NCBI GenBank assembly: GCA_030141605.1
Contig: JAQGDQ010000932.1
Span: 1-64,000, forward strand
Direction: 5' to 3'
DNA: 64,000 nucleotides
Source: Tubiluchus corallicola
Taxonomy: Eukaryota; Animalia; Priapulida
Below the pieces are notes generated by a model, which saw nothing but the letters and a program-made list of their open reading frames with translations, made no database searches and was not told the origin of the DNA. The position numbers were made by a program, and so were the translations under genes. Each line of letters begins with the position of its first letter. The first letter of the stretch is position 1. Shown piece after piece: positions 39,101 to 51,500 of this stretch.

Positions 39101-41164
39101 AACTTCCCATGTCTCTGTATTTTTGATATCTAATGGTTAGTTGTAAGATCTTTTTGGATAAAAGTGATGTAAGTCAGCAGCTGTCCTCCTTGTGGTTTCT
39201 TTTCTTGCTGCAGTGCTTCTTTAAAAACTAGTTTTCATGGACTGTCATCTTGTAGTCGCATAATATGTCCTATCCATCTTGATCTTCTTTTTGATTTTAA
39301 CTGTCCCGTGTCCATCCCTCTACCTTGACTTTATTATGCAGATTTTGGTTTGATATTTTCTTTGGCCATTTTATTCCTAGAATGTTCCTGTAATTTCTTC
39401 CTTGAAAAGCATCAATTTCTGATTTGTGTTTTGCTTTAATTGTCCGTAATTCTGTGTCTTAGAGAAACACAGTTTCCACAAGTGCAGCAAAGATTCTTAA
39501 TTTTGTATCTAGACTAATCCTCGACTTTCAAAATTTTTTGTTAATTTACAATATGCAGCTAGAGCTAAGATTTTTTTTTCTTCACATATCTTCATCTGTT
39601 GCTAGGAGACAGTCTTGCAAGAGCAAGAACAAAGTGGTTATGAATGTTTTGTACAAATGATCTTTGATATTTTCTTATCACAGGCATCTTTCCACTGAGA
39701 ACAAGGGTTTCAAACTTCTGAAAGGCATGGGCTGGAAAGAGGGCGAGTCTCTCGGGAAAGGAAATGTTGGCATTACGGAACCGGTAATCACCTTTTGTGG
39801 TTTATTTATCAACAGAATTTGACAATTACTCGATAAGTTTAAGACGCGCTTGACCCAGAGAGTGAAGCATTTTATAAAAACGTTCCATAAAAACATATCG
39901 AGCGTTACATAAATAATAATATCTCTTTCATGTTTATTTACTGATTCCTTCTTTATGATTTTTGACTGGGAGGTATATAGCAACTCCTCACTTAACAACA
40001 CTAATGCGTTCCAACCGAATGCGACGTTAAGTGAAACGCCGTTAAAGGAAACTAAAACTTTCATAGAAAGAAATGTAAAAGAATTGAATTACGTTCCAGA
40101 GGCAATACCAATCCTGCTTAAATCATATAAATTAAACATTTTACGAGTTTCTTTATGATTCCTACTAATTATTTTTTTTCTGCTTGCTTGAAATCACCAA
40201 TCTTTCGTACCAATATGTACCTAGTTTGCAGTTTCTCTTTCATTAAGGTTTAAGCCTAGGCAGCCATTAAACAATAAGCACTGCAGAGTCAAAGCCAAGT
40301 GCTGCATGAGGCGACCTTGGAAATTTTATCATACCAGAGTACTGTATCATTTACTACGTAGTCTGGTTGCTATAGCAACAGGTTGCAGGAAGAATTCCTT
40401 CCCACAAAGTTTGTTCACACGCCTCGTTTGATAGAAAGGGCAGCTAGTATAGTAGTCAGTCTGGAAGGAAAAACATGTATAAAAATTACACTGTTTATGT
40501 TACTGTTGCACTTTTAAATGAGAGCAACGCAACATGTGCCATTTTAATGCTTCAATTTAAGCAAAAAAGTTGTTGATAAAATGAAAATTGGGTTTCAGCA
40601 AAGTAAAAAAATGTTATTAAAATGAAACGTGTGTCGTGAATTGAGAAAAAGGTGTCGAACGTTCAGCGTCGTCAAAACAAAATGACTCTAAACGGGGACT
40701 TGGCTATATGTAATTTTTACATAGTTGTTTAAATCAGTTGTAAATGTTTTTATCCATTTCTGCTAAATGTTCTGTATTTTGTACTAGTTTTCTTGTATAT
40801 GATTATATGACATATCATATATTTCCTTTAAGTGCTACATGCAGCACAAACACTTCACCTTTTCTTGATATCGTTTTAGGTAAATGTTGCAATGAGGACA
40901 GGTACCGGTGGTCTGGGGTCTAAGGCGTCTGTTAAACTGTCACTGGACAACGTGCGTAGTAAATCGAAAGCCGAAAACTGGGCCCGAGCTAGAGCGCGTT
41001 TCGAAAAGCTGACCGGCGTTGAACCAGATGGTGCTGATGGTACTCCGTCAGGTGCTCCAAAGTCAGAGCATCTTGTCGACGAAAAAGATGTGGCGACATT
41101 TGCAGGGAGAGGCGATAGTTCCGCAGTGGCAGGGAAGTTGGATGTGTCAGGGAATTCTTCGTGA
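21416..41164 (+). CDS. AGGF1: Angiogenic factor with G-patch and FHA domains 1 ortholog (~780 aa)
   Basis: Exons: 21416-21424 (putative; an alternative start is at 23861), 23858-24046 (coiled coil), 24876-25040, 25582-25701 and 26480-26680 (OCRE: SIAESLKATAEAA..GYVYDENSGLYYDYNTGCYYDS..LYYDPRTGAYYTYD), 30190-30826, 32145-32299, 32925-33026 and 35219-35384 (FHA: WPPCIRVIV..GANIGRE..ISKVHAEV..DCGSQNGTFLN..LTHGDVLRLG..CNECEPGQV), 36379-36461 (GC donor), 38801-38931, 39684-39783 (G-patch: NKGFKLLKGMGWKEGESLGK), 40880-41164. All phases are consistent; total 2343 nt. Confidence 0.93.
21962..22630 (+). mobile_element. MITE with TGTGCTTGC..GCAAGCA(C/T)A ends; inverted copy at 28421-29027, partial copy at ~50375-50720
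   Basis: Terminal inverted repeats and long internal identity among the three loci. Confidence 0.8.
23260..23600 (-). mobile_element. Truncated copy of the short RTE element at 33144-33646 (twister head absent)
   Basis: Reverse complement of ~33260-33600, near-identical, with the same internal junctions. Confidence 0.85.
26762..27367 (+). mobile_element. MITE with TATAAGATT..AATCTTATA ends
   Basis: Short TIRs; related copies at 13385-13850 and 49382-49660. Confidence 0.75.
27879..28162 (+). mobile_element. hAT-like MITE (AGGGGTGAG.AT..ATGCTCACCCCT) rich in TTCGAA; longer copy at 34620-34997
   Basis: TIRs and shared internal sequence. The TSDs are degenerate. Confidence 0.7.
29310..29876. 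repeat. 31-bp minisatellite (TTCAGTAATTTTACGGCTAAATTTTAGCTGA)n; second array at ~31048-31350
   Basis: About 18 and 9 tandem units respectively, flanking AGGF1 exon 30190-30826. Confidence 0.95.
33144..33646 (+). mobile_element. Short non-autonomous RTE-clade retroelement (5' UTR fused to ORF 3' end, (GAA)n tail)
   Basis: Peptide RLKGKVHKEVVRPALIYGLEA..EMRMLRWMVGITRRDKIRNDNIRG is a typical RTE C-terminus. (GAA)n tail. 17-bp TSD AGTTA(C/G)ATAAGTGCTTC at 33127-33143 / 33647-33663. Confidence 0.9.
33145..33225 (+). ncRNA. Twister ribozyme (3' cleavage-product form) at the 5' end of the RTE element
   Basis: AAC-UUA-GC..CCGGUCCCAAGCCCGG-AUAAA-UAGG-GAGGG matches the twister core. P2 is CUUA/UAGG, P3 is CACUGGG/CUCAGUG, P4 is CCGG/CCGG, and the pseudoknots are UCCC/AGGG and GC/GC. 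Confidence 0.85.
35712..36258. repeat. (CTA/CCA)n microsatellite followed by (CTG)(CCG)(TTA) runs
   Basis: Direct reading; source of the poly-T and poly-V ORFs. Confidence 0.95.
37050..37609 (+). mobile_element. 5S rRNA-derived SINE (SINE3-type), full-length copy in an AGGF1 intron
   Basis: 37050-37169 is a complete 5S rRNA-like head with internal A and C boxes, ending CTGTAGGCTT without a T4 terminator. It is followed by a ~440 bp body and a CAACAAC tail shared with 19167-19512. Confidence 0.9.
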
Positions 41165-41550
41165 CAAAGCCGTGGAGTGACATTCACATCTGTGTTGTAC
41201 GTAGTGCTTTGTGACAAAGCCGTGGAGTGACATTCACATCCGTGTTGTACGTAGTCCTTTGTAACAAAGCCGTGGAGTGACATTCACATCCGTGTTGTAC
41301 GTAGTCCTTTGTGACAAAGCCGTGGAGGGACATGCACATCCGTGTTGTACGTAGTCCTTTGTGACAAAGCCGTGGAGGGACATTCACATCCGTGTTGTAC
41401 GTAGTCCTTTGTGACAAAGCCATGGAGTGACATTCACATCCGCGTTTTACATTGTGCTTTGTGACAAAGCTGTGGAGTGACATTCACATCCGTGTTGTGC
41501 GTAGTGCTTTGTAACAAAGCTGTGGAGTGACATTCACATCCGTGTTGCAC
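41161..41550 (+). repeat. 50-bp tandem repeat (~8 units) overlapping the AGGF1 stop codon and 3' UTR
   Basis: Unit GTGACAAAGCCGTGGAGTGACATTCACATCCGTGTTGTACGTAGTCCTTT. The TGA at 41162-41164 lies in unit 1. Confidence 0.95.
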
Positions 41551-43509
41551 ATAGTTATGCACGATAGACCTGCAATGTGTTAAAATAACAGATCACAAAA
41601 AGTGCTTAAGAATGTGCTAAAGGTTATTACTATTTAGACAAAATAAAAAATTGCATTTAAGAAAACTGAAACACAAATTATTACTTTATGATTCTAGACA
41701 TTTGAAGCAATTCTAACCATTTTAAAATATTAACTAATTATTAAAGTAGGTGGTGACTTACATTTACTGGTGACAACTTTGTCTTGAAAATACAACTAGT
41801 GACTGTTAAATTGTGACAAAATAGTCAAAGCAATGCAAGTATCACCAAATGGCATGATCAGCATAGCGGCAACAAAAATCGTAACTACGTGTAGAAACAA
41901 CTGTGATTGATAGGTGGCGTATACTACTAAAGCTTAGTTCACATGACCAAGGCTGGCTTCGTTTTAAACACTCAGGAAATGCACTTTTGTAAAAATGCGA
42001 AAATAAAACAAATAATTATAGAATAAATTATAGAATTGCTAGATTAAATTGCTTGACACCAACAATTAGACTTATGGTAACGTAGAATCAATCCCCTAAT
42101 TGTCACAAAAACATCTAGTACGGGTCGCTCCTGATACAAGCTACACACGTGTCATTACACGCTGCTTGGTTCCTCTGATGTACTGATGTAAACAAAGTGA
42201 CGCTCCGGCAACTAGTGGTCAGCTCTCGAAACAACAGACTTTTCCGTAGTATGCGTGACTTTTTAAGGGTCCAGATTTGTCCAATTTTCTGATACCTGTA
42301 AAAGTGAGGTCTGGCAAACCGAGATATGAGTGTATTTGCAACATTATAATAGTGACCATATTTTGTATTGGAGCGCATGAAGATTTCAATTAACATGTGT
42401 GAATTAATTACTAATTGCCTGTGAAACGAAGCGATCTTGCAATTTATAAATTGCAAAATGCTTCTGCTATTATAATTCTTATCTGTCTCTTCTGATTTGC
42501 TTCTTATGCGGTTAGTCTTTCTTACTGTTTTGTTTTAGGTTTGTGTGAGTCAATGTCAACAATTGGTGTCTGGCTAGTTATGCCACTTGTGTAAGAAAAC
42601 TTTGTATGTGATTCAGAAAATTTGAGGCAATAAACGATTTTTAGGATAAAGCTGTAATAAAGATTATAAAAAATTAGAACAATTACCTAAAAGCGCTAGA
42701 TCTGAAAAATCTAGGAAAATCTTTGACATGTGTCTCTTATCAGTTACTAGGCAACCAGTTGTTCATTTCAATTCATGCCATCTGCGAAATGGAGAAGTCT
42801 AGATGAAATCTGTAGGGTAGACACCTGCAATATATGGGCCGAGATAAAAAACCACCGACCAAAACAGGAGCCGAAATGTGAAAATTAATGCAAATGGCTT
42901 TACCGCTCAAGTTGTAGCATTAAGTAACTCAGAAACCAGAAATTAGTTGCTAGTATCATGCACATTGGTTAGTCATGCTTGAGCGTAATAGTCTACAAGT
43001 ATTGACATGAGTTTACCACACCTGACCAGGTATAGTCAGACGTAAACACGACCACGGGTTTATGCTCGCAGATCTGAATTCATTCAGTCTTGTTTCTGCT
43101 TACTTTTGTCTGAACATAAATTTGTAATACCACTAGATGGACGATCGAATAAGATAATTTTTATACAAAAAACATGTGTGACTATTTTGTCTCAATGAGC
43201 TGTCAAAATCTGAACAGCAGATGGAGAGATCAATGTTTATTGCAATTCAACAGAAAATGATGGTGGCAACAACAAATGCACAAAGCTGGACTTCTTGCTA
43301 ATTCTTCATATGGTGTTTCACTAAATTTTTAATGCTTGTGGCATGATAGATTGCTAATTTGTTTCAAGGCGCGTAAGCTTGTTCAACTGAAAATTGTGTC
43401 GCTTTCTAAATAAATTACAGGTTCGTTGTAACAATGATAGTGACAGTTCTTAACAAATGATGTTCTTTTACAATTATAGGATATTTTACAGCATGTCACT
43501 AAAACTAAC

Positions 43510-44085
43510 ACTCTGGAATGAACAGTAAGCAACAATAATGACATCATAATTGGAAGAATCAGTTTTAACATGTTTCAAAAGCTTTTTGGATTAAAGTTGC
43601 TTGTTATTAAACAAAAACCCTGAATTATTATTATTTATTTTGCCGTAATTATTATAATCATTTCAACCAATTTAACTTATTACCGCCTCTGATATTTAGA
43701 GTCTGGAATTAATAGTAAGCAATAATAAGGACATCATAATTGGAAGAATCAGTTTTAACATGTTTCAAACGTTTTTTTGGATTAAAGTTGCTTGTTATTA
43801 AACAAAAACCATGAATTATTATTAATTATTTTGCCGTAATTATTATAATCATGTCAACCAATTTAACTTATTACCGCCTCTGATATTTAGAGTCTGGAAT
43901 TAATAGTAAGCAACAATAATGACATCATAATTGGAAGAATCAGTTTTAACATGTTTCAAACGTTTTTTGGATTAAAGTTGCTTGTTATTAAACAAAAACC
44001 ATGAATTATTATTAATTATTTTGCCGTAATTATTATAATCATTTCAACCAATTAAACTTATAACCGCCTCTGATATTTAGAGTCT
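43510..44085. repeat. ~190-bp tandem repeat x3
   Basis: GTAAGCAA.AATAA.GACATCATAATTGGAAGAATC recurs at ~43525, ~43716 and ~43906. Confidence 0.9.
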
Positions 44086-44770
44086 ATGGTCTCAGCCCCA
44101 GGTACATTTGCAAAGTTTATATATTTTGCCAACAGGTGGCATAATGAGCTGCTAGCTAGAATTCACGAGGACGGCAGTATTACCCGCATTGCTAAATTAA
44201 ATTGTGACCAGTGTTTGTGTGTTTCACGAAATTAGGATTTGATTTCCAGTTTTTATTTAAGTACAGAACTTTTATGGGTAAGATGCTAGCAGTACATACT
44301 AATAATGGCAGCCTCTTAAGATGTGTCAGCGTGCACTGGGTATGGAGTGTGAAAAAGGCGGCAAACGTACTTATAAAAAAGTTATATTAACTGATGAAAA
44401 GAATTTGTGGTAGTCAAAACTTAAGTGAATGTATGCAATATAGAAAGAAGATGAACAAACACATTAAGGTGGTAAAGGACAATTAAAAGATGCGCATTTG
44501 AAAAGAGAGTTTGCACCTTTAGGTGCCACTCATTATCAGGCCCTAGCTTAAATTGGGGCAAAAGCTCTAGTCGAGAATCGCATTTTACTGTGGTGCTTTT
44601 GGAACATACCGAAAAAGTAAAGCTGTGAGACAGATGTAAACAAAACTTGCAGCATTGCTGACTAATTTGAGTCTTCATACTTTCGGACAAATGATAGGTC
44701 AAGAATAGGACTGAAAGAACATGCTTACAGTCTTCGTAACTGTTAATGAAATAATAATAGCAAAAGTTGG

Positions 44771-45506
44771 GGCGCTATTACACTTTCGCACCGCCTAGCT
44801 TTTTATAGGTTATTACTCGTTTTCAGGCTCGTAAGTCATCATTCTATTATTCTTACGTCATCAGTGAATGTTTCCGCTAATCTAATTGTAATTTAATAAT
44901 ATATTTAGGTATAATTACCAATAATTACGCTGTATTCACAGTTCTACGCCTATACAGGGCGTATCGCCATCTTGTTTGTGTGTGTAGTCACGTGACAAAT
45001 TTCGTACTAGTTTATGCATTATCAGGGCCTAGCTTAAAAGGCACATGACACACTTTCATCTTCACCGCATTTACGAAATAAAGAAAAAACCTTTACTTTT
45101 TTTATAATCTCATAGTAATAATACTACAGTAATAAATAAAATTAATGATAAATAACTGTAGTGTTCCAAAATAATTTCCCGCGGTACGATACAAACTTCC
45201 GTAGCTGCAACCCTAATAATCATAAATTATGCGAAGAAACCAAAAATACAGGTTAAGGGCCACATACGTCACTGCGCGAGAGCGATTGCGCATCAGTGAT
45301 GTAAACACGGTTATTCACGTGCAGCTTTTAATGGCGGCTATAGGTAAGTAATGCATGATTTTAATCTGGACTTATAAAGCGCAAGAAGCAATAATATTAT
45401 GGGAATATGGTGTATATTACGCCTGTTGGTCTGCTTTCTGGCCTGCAGGCGTGAAAACAACCAATAGGCCAGGAAAAGCTAGGCGGTGCGAAAGTGTAAT
45501 AGCGCC
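44771..45506 (+). mobile_element. Mutator-like TIR element, copy 2; carries the putative promoter and first exon of the RWD-like gene
   Basis: Same TIRs as 20874-21598. 8-bp TSD AAAGTTGG (44763-44770 / 45507-45514). Internal ATGGCGGCTATAG|GTAAGT at 45331-45349. Confidence 0.9.
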
Positions 45507-48500
45507 AAAGTTGGCAGTAAAATATTTTGTTCAAGTCTGGTTGGACCTATGCTTAATATCTTCCTGGTGGGTACGTGTATTTACCTGTTATCTGTGACAG
45601 GTAAAAATGAAGCCTACACTTTCATATCTTCAATGTTTATGAAATTTGGAAACGCAACGACCAGCATACAAATAATTCATATGAAACCAAAATAAATTCT
45701 ATGGTTTCTGTTTTACATGAGTATTTTTGCAAGCAAGTTGATAAACATTTTGCTTTGCACTTCGACGGCAACTGTGCGTTACATCGAATGTAGATCTGTC
45801 CTGCACTTGTATTGGCAGAGGCTGTTTTAGCACAAAGGTAGTTTTTGTTCCACCGGGGGCGTGTGCTCACAGAATGCAACAGCAGCGCTGACCAGCGAGC
45901 AGCACTCTGAGCAGACTCGATTTTACACTTGCCTAATAGCCAGGGATGTTACCAAAACTCGATTTATAAACCAAAATTTATCAAACATAAGAAACCAAAC
46001 AGAAACATTTTTGCAAGAAACTAGTATTAAAACTGAAAAAAGAAAATCCTAAAATAAGTGAAATATCTTGTTTTGTTTGTTTGCTGTGATACAAAATTAC
46101 TGATAAAAAACACAATGATGTTTTATAGTAAAGAACCGCAAGTTTGATGGAGTGACTTACGTTAGAAAATGTGTTATAATGTTTTTGAATTTAAGTTTCC
46201 TTAATGATTAACGTTTAAAGATTGTAATGGTTCGTTAAAATAAAGAATTTTTATTTTGTAAATATTTTGTTATCTATATTTCATAAATTATAAAATTAAA
46301 ATGATTATGCTGAAATAAATTCAAGCGTGGTCTAAGATTTCGGTTGATTGGCCCTAAAACTTCACAGTGGTCAACACTGAAGATTTGCCTGATTGCTGTG
46401 AAGAGCACATAACAAACTGTTACGTAAATGAAATTTTCGCTTTATTTGAACTATTTTAGCCAAAATTTTGCAGCGGTTTTTGACACCTAGGAGGAAAGAA
46501 AAGGTTAATTGGATAAATACTAGTAAAACCTCGGAAAATGCTACCGAAAATTACCGGAAACTTCCGCTACGAAACTTAATAAATTTCGTCGAAACCAAAA
46601 CTTAACCGAAAGTGCAATTATCAACAAACTGAACCGAAAATTTCGATTCGGTAACATCCTTGCTAACAGCCACTCCGCTTATCAGTTAGTGAAGCTGAAA
46701 CTCTAATATTAAAAAGAGACAGTGAAATTGTTTTGGACAATAGTTCGTTTGACATGATAGTTTACTTTAGATGATGGTTCGTGAGTATTACAGAAGTCGT
46801 GAGAAATACCTTCCAAAAGTCTATTTTATGGCATTTATCGTAGTGATGATTTTAGTGCTTCAAACAGTTATAATTTCATGCTATACGTGGTATATAGTAC
46901 ATAGTATATTAAGTATATAATCAGGTATTTGTATTTGGCTAAGATAAAATAAGAATGCCAACAATTAATTCGCACACAAAAGTTACACATTCGCACATCA
47001 AATTCAGGGACGAGAATTTTCCTCGCATACGCGGAATTCCGAGTTTTTGGAAGACCAATAGTGCCATTTTTGTAAATCGTGTAAATTCGTTGAGAAAATT
47101 TTTCGGGGTTGAACCTTGTTTTCATCGAAATCGTAACCGAAACTTTCAGTAGCATTTTTTCAAGGTATTTATCTGACTTACCTTTCATCTCCTAGATGTT
47201 AAAAAGCGCTGAAAAATTTTGGCTAAAATAGTTCAAATAAAGCGTAAATTTCGTTTATTTGATAATCTGTACGATTTGTAGCATGCATTTTACGGCAATG
47301 TGGCATATCTTCATTGCTGGTAAATGTGATGCTTTGAGGCCTCCAGACACAAACAACCAAAATACCACAGCGTAATTTGAATAAAAGCAAGTTTAATTTT
47401 ATAATTTATGAAATATAGGCAACAAAATATATGCAAAATAAAATTTGTTAATTTTTTGAAGCTTCACGATCATATGTATCATGTATCCTTGATAGTTGGG
47501 TATTTTAAATTATGCATGAAACAAGGTAATTGATATTTTAAGTCCACTTAGAGGCTCACTAGGGTCACAAAATTGCAATTTGTTGATGCCCCCAAACTTT
47601 CGGCCTGTTTCAGAGTTTTTTGCAATTTTTCATTCTCATCCCTGCAAATTCATAAAAATCATCTGGGAAATCTTCTGGCTAGCCATCTCACGCGTAACAT
47701 CGCCAGATCGTGTTTGTGTTAATAGAGGAAACCTTTCCACAAATGTACTACTATTCGATACAAGCTTGCTCTAAACAGTTTCCCATATTTCTCATGGAAA
47801 ATGCAAAAACAAAGTGAAAGTCGGAATGCAAATTGTATGATAAATAAAATTCCGGGAAGATTAAAGTCGCGAAAGGCTGAAAAACTGCTTGGTTTTGTCG
47901 GAAAGTAGCAAGTGAGGAACATTTCATCTCTGGTACGCATAAAATTTGCGGAGAAGTCGGAAATTAGGCCATTTCCATTTTTCATGGCCATTTCTGTTTT
48001 AGTCGGCCATTTTCTTGAATTCCGCCCATTTTCCGTTATCCTTACACAAATATTTGTCATCGCGAAGAAATTAACCCGGAAACCATTGAGCTCCTCAAAT
48101 TCACTGCTATACTATGCCTTACATATCACCTGCATGTTTGCATACATATTTGCAGTTCATAGGCCAGTATTTCGCAGGCCAGCGACCAATCAGAAAGTAA
48201 CACGTTGTTGATTTAAGGCTGATTTAAGGCTATTTCTTCACTAAAGTTCTAGTTTTGAGTTTGGCATGTTGTTACTCGTTACATGACACAGCAGAATGTT
48301 GTACCTTCTTAGCAAGTGATAGTTTAGGCCAACAGAGGTAGGAGGTATGATGTGCCTATATTAAGCTACTTAATTTTTCATTATTCTCTGAGATTGTCTA
48401 TAATCGGGTTGTGATTTTGAAGAATGGACGCGGCTAAAGCAGGGATGAGAACTTTTCGCGGATACGAGGAATTCCGAGTTTTTGGAAGACCAGTAGGGCC

Positions 48501-51500
48501 ATTTTTGTAAATCGCGTAAATTCGTTGAGAAATTTTTTTTACGGACCCAGTACATTATTTCACAAGCTGACTGCTAGTTGGCAGGCCGTCACTTTGTTTA
48601 CATCAGTGTAACCACGTGTGTATCTCCATGTATAAAAAGATATTATCAATTGTGCATAGTTATTTGAGTCAATTGCAGACAGTTTTTATATACTTTTGCA
48701 TAGGAGCGGCCAGTACTTAGGCGTTTTTGAGACAATTTGGTATCGTGTATCCTTGATAGTTGGATATTTTGAATTATGCATGAAACAAGGTAATTGATAT
48801 TTTAAGTCCACTTAGAGGTTATGCATGAAACAAGGTAATTGATATTTTAAGTCCACTTAAAGGTTCTCTGTGGCTTGCGCAGCCCCGAAACCCCCGGCCT
48901 GTTTCAGAGTTTTTTGCAATTTGTCATTCTCATCCCTGGGCTAAAGTGTTTCCACTGCAGTGGAAAAAGCTTGGACAACCTTTAATTATTGGTTTTGATG
49001 ATGGATTTGTTGCAGCAGGAAGAACAGGTAATAGATATTATCATGCTGCATTGTGGGATGTCCGATGCTGCGATAATTTTAGTGTGCGGATCGTTGCTAG
49101 GATACCACCGGAATTTTCTATCTTCGTCGTAAAACTATGACTGATTGTGACGCACTGTTTCAGATAGAGACAGGTTCATTGACGACGAACTTGCAGAAGT
49201 GAGAGAAAAATGCACGGAAAAGATCGACAGCACAAGCGTTGAAGCTTGCGTTCCCGCTATGGTCAGAGTACGAATCAGGTAGCTGTTTTACGCTACTCAC
49301 GTTAAAAAATCAACTAATGCTAACATGTAAAATCGTATATATTAATTCTATTGGTATGTTATATATATTAAATATATATATATATAAGATTCGAGGCTAC
49401 AGCTCACACCGGGCCCACCGGAAGGAATGGGGGGGGGGCAAAAAACGTCCAGAAATGGCCGTTTTTTTGCAAAAGATACCACTGAGATCTGAAGAACGGG
49501 AACGGGTCATGGGTGGTGCTGGCTATGGATAGATAGCCCGTTCAGCAGTGGGTCCAGTAGGTGTATTTAGAATTCGCGAGAGGGCGAATTCGCGTCCCGT
49601 AATGGGCATTTTCCCGGACCCAACTCCGGCTTTTTCGAAATTTTGGTCAAACAGCCTGCAGAATTTAAAATAATAAGCAATTCAATTCCATTCGTTTGTT
49701 TGTCTGAGTCTTGTGATCATATCACATTACAATATATGCTGCTTTAATACATTAGGGATGCAGAGAAACAGGGCGGTGAAAAATCTCATGGTTGCTGAGT
49801 TGCTCCACCCCTAACTTAAACATAACTGTAAATTGTAGTGGCAGAAAAATAAGTAAAATTTGTGAAGAAGTTGTTTTAATATTATATACTAATTGAAAAA
49901 CAGTGTACGCACACACACACACACACACACACTACCACACCCATGCACACGCATACACACATGCAAGCATGCACGCACGCACACACTCACACACACACAG
50001 AAGCATGCACGTGCACACACACAAGCATGCATGTGCACACACACACGTGCGCGCGCACGCACACACATACAAGCATGCATCCACACACACACACACAAGC
50101 ATGCATATATATATATTTTAGCTCTTCCTTAAAGAATTAAAATCGATAATAATATAATTGTTAGCAATCGCTAGTCATGCTCTATAGTTTACAGTGTACA
50201 GTTAAGTAAAATATACAAGAAAAAAGGTAAATTCAGCCAAGCTGTATAAGATTTTTTTAGACTAACATCTGTAACGTATTTCATACCGTCAATGTAAAAG
50301 TTTAATAAACCAAATTTAATAAGTCAATGAGCAAAGATTTTGGAGAATTCGAATCGTTGAAATCTTTGAATATATGCGTGCTTGCAAACCAAAATCGTCC
50401 ATATGTTGGCAAAGTTAAAACTACGTAATGATGCACGCATTTTATGTAATGATGCAGTGCAAGCAAAGAGAATGCTTCAAGGTAGAATGCACCAAAAATT
50501 TGGTTAAATGTCAATTTTATATTTTTTTATAAAACACAGCGCTAAATATATTGATCTTTAATATTCCAACATCAGATTGTTAGCAAAATGTTCAAAAAAT
50601 ACTTAAAAATCTAATTTCTCAACTTTTTTGTCTGGAAACTAGTACTACAATTGAGAAAAACTTGTATTTTCAAACTCCGGTAGCACCTCGGGGAAGCAGC
50701 CATTTTGCTTCGGGTTTTTTCTGTTGCGAAAAAGTAGTATCTCTTATTTGTAGGGCTTCGGATCTAACACTCGAATTCGATTCGGGCGAGTTTTTTTTAA
50801 TTCAGATGCCATTCGGGACTAAGATAGTGAATTCGAATGATTCATTATTTCAACTACATGCAGTCAAATCCTCGTTATACAGCCCCCCCCCCCCCCATAA
50901 TGCCAGCCTCGTTTCATGCCCAAGCTTTTGGCGAAACAAAATGTCTATATTTGCATTTTCATGTATTTGTTACTATTAATTATTATTAATGCACCTCGTT
51001 TTTGTTAAGTCCCTGAGTGTGGTGCTATAAAGACGTTTGATTGTATACCTCTTTATCATTAAACCGTTTGAAGCAGTCCTATTTATAACAACTTCTCTGC
51101 GCAATTTAAAGTGTAAAATCGAGAAATATTCCAAGCTGTTTTAAGACTGTCTTTTATTAGTGAGTCAGGAAGCTTTGATGATTTGGAAATCTTTAAAACT
51201 GAATTTGATTTGAAGAGAGAGGAGAGAGAGAGGGGGAGGGAGAGAGAGGGTGGAGGGAGAGAGAGAGATTGAGAGAGAGAGAGAGAGAGAGAGAGCTGGA
51301 GGGAGGGTTTGAGAGGGGGAGGGGGTTGAGATTGAGAGAGAGAGAGGAGGGAGGGAGGAATTGAGAGAGAGAGAGAGGGAGGGAGGGATTGCAAGAGAGA
51401 GGGAGGGAGGGATTGAGAGGGAGAGTGAGGGAGGAATTGAGAGAGAGACAGAGGGAGGGATTGCGAGAGAGAGGGAGGGAGGGAGTGAGAGAGAGGGGGA

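Noticed and set aside
40366-40379. Perfect RFX X-box-like palindrome GTTGCTATAGCAAC
   Set aside because: It is an isolated intronic motif far from any TSS, with no supporting context.
48961-49027. Possible exon upstream of RWD-like exon 49164 (CTGCAG|TGG..ACAG|GTAAT)
   Set aside because: Its own ATGs are out of frame with 49164, and joining it to the element exon gives a stop. It would need an unidentified phase-0 upstream exon. Not fully excluded; if it is used, it weakens the first-exon hypothesis.
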